Positions 1-9,021 of a stretch of 64,000 nt of DNA are shown piece by piece. Each line of letters starts with the position of its first letter. Positions within the stretch are counted from its first letter, which is position 1. The translations under genes were made by a program, and so were the position numbers. Origin of the DNA: Terriglobia bacterium (GTDB lineage: Bacteria > Acidobacteriota > Terriglobia > 20CM-2-55-15); assembly GCA_965198225.1 (NCBI GenBank), contig CBDAOY010000006.1:448001-512000 (forward strand), given 5' to 3'. A model generated the notes under the pieces. That model saw nothing but the letters and a program-made list of their open reading frames with translations. It did no database searches and had not been told where the DNA came from.

Positions 1-42
1 ACAGATCCGGGCCGGGATAGTCGAACCCGGCGACTCGCTGCG

Positions 43-1314
43 GTGGCCTGCGCGACCGTCCTCATCCCAGCCGGTCTGCTGGCCGGGTTGCAACTCCGTT
101 ACGACACGGAATACCCCGCCATCCCATACTCGACCGGCACACCAGAGGACGACGTCAGCCGACTGCGGCAGAGGATCGAAAGCGGGGACGCGCAGCTCCA
201 ACATGACGGCGACAATGGATATCTGGCCTCCTTGCTTCGCGAGTTGGAAATAGACGTGGCCTCGCAGGTGCTCGTCTTTACCAAGACCAGCAACCAGATC
301 GGTCGGATACTGCCAGAGAGACCACGGGCCCTCTACTTCAAGGACGACGCTTACGTCGGCTGGGTGCAGGGCGGCCGCGTCATCGAGGTCTCCGCACTGG
401 ATCCAGAGCTGGGCCCGATCTTCTATAGTCTCGATCAGCAGACAGAATCCCCGCCCGAGTTCCGGCGCGAGACGTTTCGTTGTCTCCGATGCCACGACAG
501 CTATTCGCTGACCGGCGGAGGGGTACCCCGCTACCTGATGGGCTCGATGTTCCCCGACGCCAATGGCGAGGCCGTTTCCCACGAAGGCTGGTTTCTGACA
601 AACGACCAGAGCCCGATCCGGGAACGATGGGGCGGATGGTACGTCACCGGCACGCACGGCGACCAACGCCACATGGGCAACCTGGTCGTCGCGGACCCCA
701 CCGACAGGAGCCAGTTCGATCTGGATCGAGGCGCGAATGTGACCGCACTCGATTCGCTCATCGACACCGCGCCCTACCTGAGCAAGCACAGCGACATCGT
801 CGCGCTCCTCATCCTCGAACACCAGGTCTACGTCCAGAATCTGATCATCGGGTTGAACTGGCAGGCGCGGTCCGCTCTCTATGAGCCGGGGGCCGGAGGA
901 TCGGAAGACGATGACAGCGCCACGATGAAGCGGATCGAAGATGCGGCCGAACCGCTCGTGCGGGCCATGGTCTTCGTCGGCGAAGCTCCGCTCGCCGGAC
1001 CGATCTCTGGCACGTCCGGCTTCTCGTCCGTATTCATGAGCCGGGGCCGGAGCGATCCCGAGGGCCGCTCCCTACGCGAGTTGGATCTCACCGACCGGCT
1101 GTTCCGCTACCCGATGAGCTACCTCATCTACTCCGACGCTTTCGACGCCTTGCCGGACCCGGCCAAAGACTACGTTTACTGGCGGCTGCGCGAGGTTCTC
1201 GGCGGAACGGATAGGAGCGAAGACTTCACCCACCTCTCCGACACGGACCGGACAGCGATCCTGGAGATTCTGGAAGCCACCAAGCCCGACTTCGCCGCGT
1301 CTCTGGGAGGCTGA
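43..1314 (+). CDS. Conserved hypothetical protein with a single CxxCH (putative c-type heme) motif; start may lie upstream
   Basis: 423-aa ORF with CLRCH and a WGGWYVTG motif, resembling Acidobacteria/Planctomycetes exported hypothetical proteins. Confidence 0.65.
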   Translation: MACATVLIPAGLLAGLQLRYDTEYPAIPYSTGTPEDDVSRLRQRIESGDAQLQHDGDNGYLASLLRELEIDVASQVLVFTKTSNQIGRILPERPRALYFKDDAYVGWVQGGRVIEVSALDPELGPIFYSLDQQTESPPEFRRETFRCLRCHDSYSLTGGGVPRYLMGSMFPDANGEAVSHEGWFLTNDQSPIRERWGGWYVTGTHGDQRHMGNLVVADPTDRSQFDLDRGANVTALDSLIDTAPYLSKHSDIVALLILEHQVYVQNLIIGLNWQARSALYEPGAGGSEDDDSATMKRIEDAAEPLVRAMVFVGEAPLAGPISGTSGFSSVFMSRGRSDPEGRSLRELDLTDRLFRYPMSYLIYSDAFDALPDPAKDYVYWRLREVLGGTDRSEDFTHLSDTDRTAILEILEATKPDFAASLGG

Positions 1315-1483
1315 AGAAGGCCCGCGTGGCAGGAACAGATTCCGACTCGTAACTTGTCGCTCGTCACTTCGGCGTTACACGCGGGGAATAGACGCGGCGG
1401 TGTTTTTCCTTTCAAAATGTGCCCGTCGGGGCATTTTCCCGGTAATGCGGACTTTCGATTGGACGCTATCGGTAAATTGTCCG

Positions 1484-1639
1484 GCGATCGAGGCGGGGCT
1501 CGACGCGGACCTCCTCGCGTTCGACAGGAACCCACTCGAGCAGCCGTCGGTGCTGCATAACCCACTGCTGGTGATGAGCAACGGCCGGGTCGGTGTGAAC
1601 CGCCAGGTGGGGTTGAGGAAGGTTCTGCCGAATCATTGA
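1484..1639 (+). pseudogene. C-terminal remnant of an amidohydrolase-family gene
   Basis: IEAGLDADLLAFDRNPL...LLVMSNGRV matches the typical amidohydrolase C-terminus; no upstream body. Confidence 0.55.
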
Positions 1640-1707
1640 ATCTGAATGCCGGGAGGCAGGATAAATAGCTTTGCCAAAACTCTGCCCGCCGGCTCTGCTC
1701 GAGCGCA

Positions 1708-2121
1708 ATGGATTCGACAGCAGGGCATAAGCCTCTCATTCTGTTCGACGGCGTATGCCATCTGTGCAGCGGGGCGGTGGTTTTCATCCTGAGACGAGAC
1801 CGGTCCCGGCGGTTCGCGTTCGCGCCGCTGCAATCGGAGGTCGGACAGAAGATTCTCGGCCGGCTCGGGATGCCCCTCCATGAAAACGAAACGCTGGTCC
1901 TGGTCGAAGGGAACAGTTACAGGATCAAGAGCTCGGCAGCGCTCCGTATTGCCCGGCGGCTCTCCGGTTTCTGGCCTCTCCTCTACGTTCTTCTGATCGT
2001 GCCGAGGCCGTTGCGCGACTTCTGCTACGACGTCGTCGCGCGAAATCGATACCGCTGGTTCGGTCGCCGAAACGAATGCTATGTCCCGACAGAAGAGCAG
2101 CGGGACCGTTTCCTGGCTTGA
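1708..2121 (+). CDS. DCC1-like thiol-disulfide oxidoreductase (DUF393/YuxK family)
   Basis: LFDGVCHLC (DxxCxxC), FAPLQS and YDVVARNRYRWFG motifs. Confidence 0.9.
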   Translation: MDSTAGHKPLILFDGVCHLCSGAVVFILRRDRSRRFAFAPLQSEVGQKILGRLGMPLHENETLVLVEGNSYRIKSSAALRIARRLSGFWPLLYVLLIVPRPLRDFCYDVVARNRYRWFGRRNECYVPTEEQRDRFLA

Positions 2122-2200
2122 CGGTGATCCTCTCCTGAGACCCAGCCTGCGCCGTTCTTCGGAGAATCTCGGGCGTGAGAGGGCCGAACTTCAGGATCGG

Positions 2201-2270
2201 GTGTAGGGGCGCTCTATGAGCGCACATCGTTTCGGCTCGAAGAATGTGCGGTCATAGACCGCACCTACAC
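2201..2270 (+). repeat. REP doublet (REPIN-like), GTAG family
   Basis: GTAG-GGGCGCTC-TAT-GAGCGCAC, spacer, then inverted GTGCGGTC-ATA-GACCGCAC-CTAC; recurs at five loci. Confidence 0.85.
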
Positions 2271-2304
2271 CTCCGGGTTGGAACTCGGTGCTAGAATCTG
2301 CCGT

Positions 2305-3969
2305 GCAAGAACGAATACCTCGCCTGGATGAAGAACCTCGGTTGCATCGGTTGTCATCAACTGGGTCAACTCTCGACGCGAACCATCCCTGAGGGCCTGG
2401 GCGAGTTCGAGTCCTCCGAGAAGGCCTGGCTGCGCCGTATTCAGTCCGGCCAGGCCGGCGGACAGATGCTTCGACAGGTTACCGGACTGCTGCAGGGCCT
2501 TCCCGCCAAATACCTCGCCGACTGGACCGACCGTCTCGCCGCCGGCGAGCTTCCGTCAACCCAACCGGAACGCCCGTCCGGTCTCGAACGCAATATCGTA
2601 GCCACCGTCCGGGACTGGTCAACCAACTCGGCCTACCTGCACGACCTGATATCCACCGACCGGCGCGACCCGACCGTCAACGGCTACGGCCCCATCTATG
2701 GAGCGCCAGAACTCAGCACCGACGACTTTCCGATCCTCGATCCGGTGGCCAACTCGGCAACCGATTTCAGGGCCACCGTCCTAGAGGCCGACACCCCGAC
2801 GACCGGCAGCACTCCGCCGACCGCGCCATCGCCCTACTGGGGCGATGAGGTCATCTGGAACAGCCAGGCGAACGCTCATAACCCCATGATCGATCAAGAG
2901 GGTCGGGTCTGGTATACGGCGAGAGTCCGCCCTGCCCAGACCCCCGACTTCTGCCAGGAAGGCTCCGACCATCCGTCTGCGAAACTGTTTCCCAGTGTCA
3001 GGGCGGGACGGCACCTGTCGCTCTACGACCCGGAAAACGGGCGAGTACACGCCCATTCCGACCTGTTTCGGAACGCATCACCTGCAGTTTGCCGAGGACG
3101 AAAACCACACGCTGTGGACCAGCGGCGGCGGCCCGGTCGTCGGCTGGCTCAACACGAAGATGTACGACGAGACCGGGGACCCGGCCGCGTCTCAAGGTTG
3201 GGCGCCGTTCATCCTGGATACCAACGGAAACGGCAAACAGGATGCCTGGGTGGAGCCGAACGAACCGGTGGATCCAGCGCGCGACAAACGCATCAACGCC
3301 GGCTTCTACGCCGTGATGCCCAACCCGGCCGACGGCTCGATCTGGGGATCGAACAGCTTTCGCTATCCCGGCTCCATCGTCAGGCTGGATCCCGGTCCCA
3401 ACCCCCCGGAAACCGCACTCGGCGAGATCTACAACGTGCCCTTGCCCGGGTTCGGTGTCCGCGGCGCCGACATCGACCGTAACGGCGTCGTCTGGGTGTC
3501 TCTAGGGAGCGGCCACCTCGGTGAATTCGACCGGCGGAAGTGCGCAGGCTCTCTCAACGGTCCCATCGCTACCGGCGACCACTGCCCGGAGGGCTGGACT
3601 TTCCACAGGTTGCCGGGACCGGGGTTCGACGACCTGCCGGAGTTCAGCATCGAGTCGAGCTACTACACCTGGGTCGATCAGCGCAACGCCTCGGGGCTTG
3701 GCGCTAACGTACCGATCGCCACAGGCAACCTGATGGACGGGGTCCACGCGCTTGTGGACGGCGCGTTCGTCACGCTTCGCATCCCGTATCCCCTCGGTTT
3801 TTACAGCAAGGGTTTCGACGGCCGCATCGACGACCCCGAAGCCGGCTGGAAAGGCCGGGGACTGTGGGTCTCGGAAGGCGACCGAACGCCCTGGCTCATG
3901 GAAGGCGGCAAGGCCAACAAACCCCGGGTCGTTCACTTCCAGGTCCGGCCGGACCCGCTCGCAAACTAA
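2305..3969 (+). pseudogene. 5'-truncated, frameshifted CxxCH/beta-propeller-like exported protein (carboxypeptidase-regulatory-domain/Vgb-like family)
   Basis: ORF 2328-3482 (CIGCHQLG...HLSLYDP) continues in ORF 2995-3969 (TGEYTPIPTCFGTHHLQF...FQVRPDPLAN) after a frameshift near 3035; no signal peptide or N-terminal domain. Confidence 0.7.
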
Positions 3970-4058
3970 GGGGCTTTGTGCGGCCACCCTCGGCTTCCTT
4001 CAGGCCCGACCGCATGTGGGAGGCGGCGCGAATGGCTGTGTCTTCTCCCGTCGTCTCC

Positions 4059-4526
4059 CTACTTTGCGGCGATTTTCATTGCAGCCGCAGGGATGGCGCG
4101 AATACCACGTCTCGGAGAGCCATCACCGTTCAGAAAGACGCCGGGCTCGACATTGAAGTATTTTGCCAGCTTCTGAATGTGCGTGCGGTTGATCGGCCGC
4201 TTTCCGGACACGAGCTCGGACATCGTTGACACGGCGATGCCCGACTCGAGGGCGACCTGGCGCTTGCTCGCGCCACGGGCCTCGATCAGATGCTGGAGCA
4301 TTTCACGATCGGAGACCGGCTCGATCTCATGGTGCTCTGTTTCATACTGCTCGATCAGCGTGCCCAGTACATCGAGGTAGGCATCTTCGTCCTTCTTCAG
4401 CTTGCGATCAACCAGCTCATCAACCAGTTTGCTTGCCATTTTCAGCTCTCGGTCCGATCGAATCGGGCGGAGCGGAAACCTCCCTATCAATCCCAGGTAT
4501 TCGCCGGATGCGGTCCTCGAAGCCAC
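4059..4526 (-). CDS. higA: HigA-type antitoxin (Xre HTH)
   Basis: FPLRPIRSD...LDVLGTLIEQYE...HTH (STMSELVSGKRPIN...KLAKYFNV), directly downstream of higB. Confidence 0.9.
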   Translation of the reverse strand: MASRTASGEYLGLIGRFPLRPIRSDRELKMASKLVDELVDRKLKKDEDAYLDVLGTLIEQYETEHHEIEPVSDREMLQHLIEARGASKRQVALESGIAVSTMSELVSGKRPINRTHIQKLAKYFNVEPGVFLNGDGSPRRGIRAIPAAAMKIAAK

Positions 4527-4573
4527 GTCTCTCTCCCTCCCAAAAGTGGATACAGCATCAGGAACGACCGATA

Positions 4574-4861
4574 CTACTTCCTCCAGTCGCCCTGATCGTA
4601 TTCGGCATGGGTGAGCACATGGCGGATGAAGATCCTGCCTTTCTTGTAGCGGATGGTGACGATGAGGCGGTATTTGTTGCCGCTGATATTGAACACCGTC
4701 AGCCCGTCCACGTAGTCGGCGGAAGGGTAGGTTTTTCGAACATCCACCAGACTAGTCCAGCTGGCCTGCTTTGCCACGCGGTACCACGCTCTCAATGGCG
4801 TTTCCGCGTCCTGATGCTTCTCCCAGAATCCTTTCAGTCGTTTGAGGGAAACTATGTGCAT
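4574..4861 (-). CDS. higB: HigB-type mRNA interferase toxin
   Basis: MHIVSLKRLKGFWEKH...PLRAWY...VFNISGNKYRLIV...LTHAEYD; toxin-first gene order. Confidence 0.92.
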   Translation of the reverse strand: MHIVSLKRLKGFWEKHQDAETPLRAWYRVAKQASWTSLVDVRKTYPSADYVDGLTVFNISGNKYRLIVTIRYKKGRIFIRHVLTHAEYDQGDWRK

Positions 4862-5018
4862 CAGGTTTTGTGCGACCGAATACAAACCCAGAATATTCGC
4901 ATTCTGCGATAATGTCAATCGGGATGTTCGCGAATTGCGAAACATGCGAAGAAGGATAGCAGACCAGGAGGGGCGTCGAACGTTGAAAGAGAATTCCCTC
5001 ATCCTCCAACTTTTCTGC

Positions 5019-5053
5019 TTGACGCGATAAGTGTCCTAGGCGTACTAGTACAC
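5019..5053 (+). promoter_or_regulatory. Promoter (-35 TTGACG, -10 TACTAG) overlapped by a YtrA-type palindromic operator
   Basis: Imperfect inverted repeat GTGTCCTAG-GCGTA-CTAGTACAC at 5031-5053, 2 nt before the ATG; no SD sequence. Confidence 0.65.
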
Positions 5054-5055
5054 AT

Positions 5056-5463
5056 ATGATCCCGTTCCGACTGACATTCCAACCTGGTGTCGCCATCTAC
5101 GAGCAGGTTGTCTACGCGGCCAAGAAGGCTTTCATTTCCGGCCAGATGCGACCCGGTGAAGCCTTTCCGTCAGTTCGGGCCCTGAGCAAGGCGCTCAAGA
5201 TCAACCCCAACACGGCACACAAGGTCGTTGCCCAGCTCGTGGACGAAGGGCTGATCGAGGTCCGGCCCGGGCGCGGCACCGTCGTGACGGCGCGGCCGCC
5301 ATCGACCGCCGCCGAACGGGGCAACCTGCTCCAGAAAGAATTGGAGCAGCTCGTCGTCGAGGCCAAGCGGCTCGGTCTCGAGCGAGAGGATGTGAACGGG
5401 GCGATCGAGGCACACTGGTACCGGCTGGACGGAGCGAACACAGCGACGAGGAGGAAGCCGTGA
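5056..5463 (+). CDS. GntR-family (YtrA subfamily) transcriptional regulator
   Basis: IYEQV...PGEAFPSVRALS...INPNT...GRGTVV wHTH plus short helical C-terminus. Confidence 0.92.
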   Translation: MIPFRLTFQPGVAIYEQVVYAAKKAFISGQMRPGEAFPSVRALSKALKINPNTAHKVVAQLVDEGLIEVRPGRGTVVTARPPSTAAERGNLLQKELEQLVVEAKRLGLEREDVNGAIEAHWYRLDGANTATRRKP

Positions 5464-5938
5464 CACTCGTCATCCACACCGAAGACCTGGCGAAACTTCT
5501 TTCGCGGGGGCGTCGACGCCCTCAACGGTCTGAATCTGGACGTCTCGGAAGGCAGCGTCTTCTGGCTAGCCCGTGGATCTTCGACGCTGTCTGCAGTGTT
5601 TCTCACAGCAACTTCGGTTCATATCTGAGATAGGTGTCACGTGTCGTCTGCCTTTCCGCACTCCATCATTTCAGATGTCCCTTCGGCTCGACGACGAAGA
5701 GATTGGGGACATGGAGGGCGCGTCCACCTATTCGCCGTTTCCAGCAGGCATTGATCTCAACCGCGTCTGGAGGCGCCCGGTTCTCGGTTACAGGCGAATT
5801 GTCGACGGCGAACTGGTCAGCTACGGTCTGAGAGACGGCCAGCAGATCACGGTGATATACCGGGAGCCGGTCGCGCACATCCGGCGGGATTTCACGATGA
5901 CCATCGACCTGGACGACTTCGTGGTGAGCAGTTACTGA
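5460..5938 (+). pseudogene. Collapsed remnant of the ABC operon regulated by the GntR: ATPase 5' end joined to a distal 3' fragment
   Basis: GTG overlaps the GntR stop; TLVIHTEDLAK...DALNGLNLDVSEGSVF breaks off before Walker A near 5570; unrelated C-terminal-like frame ends at 5938. Confidence 0.6.
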
Positions 5939-6325
5939 GCGGGCGCAGTCGCGGGGCACCGATCAATTCGACCTGGACCCAGCGCCCGTTGACCCTGGCG
6001 GACGCGTTTCGGTTTCGGTTGTCTCGGAGTGCGACGCCATCAACGGAGCGAGGATCGAGGGGATCACTGCAGCCAGGAGGGCCAGCCACAGAATCGTCTT
6101 CGCGTTGCTCATGCTCTCTTAGACAATCGGTCGTCGTTGAGATAGTTCCGTCGAGTTGCGGGCCGGATTCATGATGTACCCTCCATAGCGAGAACATGTC
6201 CCAGTCGGAAATTCCGGTGGAGTTAACTAAATGAATCACGCGCTGAAGTTGGCGCAAACCCGCATAAACGAAACAATTTGACAAGTTGACTGAGTTAACT
6301 CAGTCTTTCACAACATTCGTAAAGC

Positions 6326-6382
6326 GACTCAAAATCTGGCGGGGGGTGACTCCCGTGGGGGTTCAAGTCCCCCCCTCCGGCA
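6326..6382 (+). mobile_element. 3' half of tRNA-Leu(CAA), a probable att site of an integrated element
   Basis: GACTCAAAATCTGG anticodon loop, long variable arm, GGGGGTTCAAGTCCCCC T-arm, CTCCGGCA acceptor strand; 5' half absent. Confidence 0.8.
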
Positions 6383-6470
6383 TTGATAGCTACTGTAAGG
6401 ACCGAACCTTGAGCCGGCTGCTCGAGCGGTACAGCGTGCCGAGGTCGTCCGCGCTTCCCGAGGAGGTCCG

Positions 6471-8813
6471 ATGTCCCCCATTCGATGGCTCGCCAATTCC
6501 GTCATTCCGACTTTGTTTCTTATCGCGACCGGCTGCGCAGGACTCACCGATGAGTCGTCCGTTCCGGCCACACTGGACGAGCTCGCGCGGCAATCCCTGG
6601 CTCGGATCGACGGGGATCTCACCGTGCCAGGGTTGCGGCAGCCCGTCGAGGTCATCCGAGACCAGTGGGGCATGCCGCACATCTACGCCCAGAACACGGA
6701 CGACCTCTTCTTCGCGCAGGGGTACGTCATGGCTCAGGATCGGCTCTGGCAGATGGAGCTGTGGCGTCGTTGGCATGAAGGGCGCCTCTCCGAGATTTTC
6801 GGCCCGGAGGCCTTCGAGTACGACCGGCGGACGCGGCTCATGATGTTCCGGGGTCCCTGGGACGTGGAGGAGTGGTCGCGCTACCACCCCGAGGCGGAAC
6901 AAATCTTCACTGCTTACGCCAACGGGGTGAATGCGTTCATCGAACAGAACGCCGATAACCTGCCTTTGGAGTTCAAGCTCACTGGAGTTCGCCCGGATCC
7001 CTGGACAGCGCAAACGGTGGTCCTTCGCTGGGCCCAGATCGGCTTGTCGAGCGTTCGCGGGCACGCCATAAGCGAAATCCAACTCGCGATGAACGTGGCC
7101 CGTTACGGCGCGGAGGAAGCCAACCGACGCGCGTCACCCGATCCCTACGCGGACCTGGTCGTGCCCGACGGCCTCGACGTGAACCTGATCACGCAGGAGG
7201 TTCTGAGCGTCGCGCGCGCGGGTGACGGAGATCCGTTCGCGGGGTCGAACCTTCCCGCGCTCGAGGTCGTCGAGCCCTATCGATCTCTTCTCTCGGAGGT
7301 CCGCACGGCGATGGTTTCGGCCCCGTGGGACCCGGCGGACGCGGGGAGCAACAACTGGGTGGTGAGCGGTGAGCGGAGCTCGACCGGGGTGCCGATCCTG
7401 TCGAACGACCCACATAGGCGCATCGAGATGCCAGCGCTCCGCTACTTCGTGCATCTGAACGCTCCCGGCTGGAGCCTGATCGGGGGCGGTGAGCCCCCCT
7501 TCGTGGGCACGATGGCTGGGAACAACGAGAATGTGGCGTGGGGGTTTACCTTTGCCGGTACCGACATGGTGGACCTCTACGTGGAAGAGTTGAACCCGGA
7601 CGATCCGACCCGGGTGCGGTGGCAGGACGGATGGGAGCCCATCCGCGAGATCGAGGAAGAGATCCGGGTCAAGGGCGAAGTCGAGCCGCGCACGGTTGTC
7701 CTCAAGTTCAGCCGCCACGGCCCGATCTTCCACGAGGATATTGAGAATGACCTGGCGTACGCCGCGCGCTCCGTGAACCAGGAGCACGGGACGGCTCCCT
7801 ACCTGGGCAGCTTCAAGCTCGCCCAGGCGACCAGCTGTGAGGACTTCTTCGAACGGGCTATGTACTGGGTGGTGCCCACCCACAACCTGATTTGCGGAGA
7901 CAGCGAGGGAAACATCGCCCTCCAGGTGACGGGGCTTACCCCCGATCGGGATGGCTGGAACGGCCGTCTGCCCGTGCCCGGAAACGGTCAATACGAGTGG
8001 AGGGGCTTCAGGGACGACCTCCCGCGCGAATTCAATCCGGCTCGGGGTTACATCGCGACGGCGAACAACAATACGCATCCTGATGGCTACCAGGGCCGCC
8101 CTGTGTTCTACCACTCGACCCGGGGCGTGGAGACCTCGCGCATCACGCGACTCCATCAGATCTTCGCATCGCAAGAGATCCTTTCCGTCGAGGATCACAA
8201 GCGGATCCAGATGGACGCATACATCCTCCGGACCGCGCGGGACATCCCCTACTTTCAGGGCTGGACTTCCCAGGACCCACAAGTAGAGCGGGCGCGCGCC
8301 ATGATCGCGGACTGGGATGGCGTGTTGGGTCGCGAGAGCGTTCCCGCCGCGGTTTACAGACGCTGGACGAGCGAGGCCGACGAGGCAATCCAGGCCCCAC
8401 AGACCCCGGCTGCCCAGAAGCAGGCGATGGTCGAGGACGGCCTCCGAACGGCCCTCGCCAGACTTACGAGCGATTATGGGGAGGATTGGTCCGAGTGGCG
8501 CTACGGAAGGATCAACCAGAGCAACCTCGGGCACACGTTCATTCCGGAGTTCGATTTGCCTCCGGTCGAGCGGCCCGGCGCCTTTGGATCCCTGAACGCC
8601 AGCGGGGCGAACTTCAGGCGCATCATCGATCTGTCGAATCTCGACAACTCCGTCTGGACGAACGCCCCCGGACAATCGGGTCAGCCGGGAAGCCCATACT
8701 ACGGCGACATGCGCGAGTACCTTGGAAACGGAGAGCATGCCCCGCTCCTGTTCACGAGGGGCGCGGTGGAAGGAGCGGCAGCCCACCGGTTGAACCTTCT
8801 TCCCGGGAGCTAG
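6471..8813 (+). CDS. Penicillin acylase family (S45) Ntn-hydrolase, probable lipoprotein
   Basis: RDQWGMPHIYA, AQDRLWQME, catalytic GSNNW, NDPH, PGQSG motifs; LIATGC lipobox. Confidence 0.95.
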   Translation: MSPIRWLANSVIPTLFLIATGCAGLTDESSVPATLDELARQSLARIDGDLTVPGLRQPVEVIRDQWGMPHIYAQNTDDLFFAQGYVMAQDRLWQMELWRRWHEGRLSEIFGPEAFEYDRRTRLMMFRGPWDVEEWSRYHPEAEQIFTAYANGVNAFIEQNADNLPLEFKLTGVRPDPWTAQTVVLRWAQIGLSSVRGHAISEIQLAMNVARYGAEEANRRASPDPYADLVVPDGLDVNLITQEVLSVARAGDGDPFAGSNLPALEVVEPYRSLLSEVRTAMVSAPWDPADAGSNNWVVSGERSSTGVPILSNDPHRRIEMPALRYFVHLNAPGWSLIGGGEPPFVGTMAGNNENVAWGFTFAGTDMVDLYVEELNPDDPTRVRWQDGWEPIREIEEEIRVKGEVEPRTVVLKFSRHGPIFHEDIENDLAYAARSVNQEHGTAPYLGSFKLAQATSCEDFFERAMYWVVPTHNLICGDSEGNIALQVTGLTPDRDGWNGRLPVPGNGQYEWRGFRDDLPREFNPARGYIATANNNTHPDGYQGRPVFYHSTRGVETSRITRLHQIFASQEILSVEDHKRIQMDAYILRTARDIPYFQGWTSQDPQVERARAMIADWDGVLGRESVPAAVYRRWTSEADEAIQAPQTPAAQKQAMVEDGLRTALARLTSDYGEDWSEWRYGRINQSNLGHTFIPEFDLPPVERPGAFGSLNASGANFRRIIDLSNLDNSVWTNAPGQSGQPGSPYYGDMREYLGNGEHAPLLFTRGAVEGAAAHRLNLLPGS

Positions 8814-9021
8814 TAGCCTGTAACAGAGATAGTGACAGCGTCGCAAGAACTGCCCCACATTCTCGCCGATTGCCCGCGGATCACCGATCTGGTCGTAGAA
8901 TATGGTCCACTTCTGTACCTGTACTTGAAGAGCTTTTCCCTCACAACCTGGGTTGCCCACAGACATAACTTGCGAGCCACGAGCTTATAGTTCACTCTGA
9001 GTCGAGATTCCTCATCGATTC

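Noticed and set aside
3025-3045. Programmed frameshift in the propeller gene
   Set aside because: The gene is also 5'-truncated and only a short GGAAAAC run is present; an indel or sequencing error is more parsimonious.
5963-6112. 49-aa minus-strand ORF with a signal-peptide-like start (MSNAKTILWLALLAAV...)
   Set aside because: No strong RBS or recognisable domain; probably a fragment.
6326-6382. Functional tRNA-Leu gene
   Set aside because: The 5' acceptor strand, D-arm and most of the 5' anticodon stem are missing.
7134-8966. 610-aa minus-strand ORF, and similar long antisense ORFs (22008-23621, 46450-47919, 54531-55574)
   Set aside because: Shadow frames of well-supported genes in high-GC DNA; no recognisable motifs.
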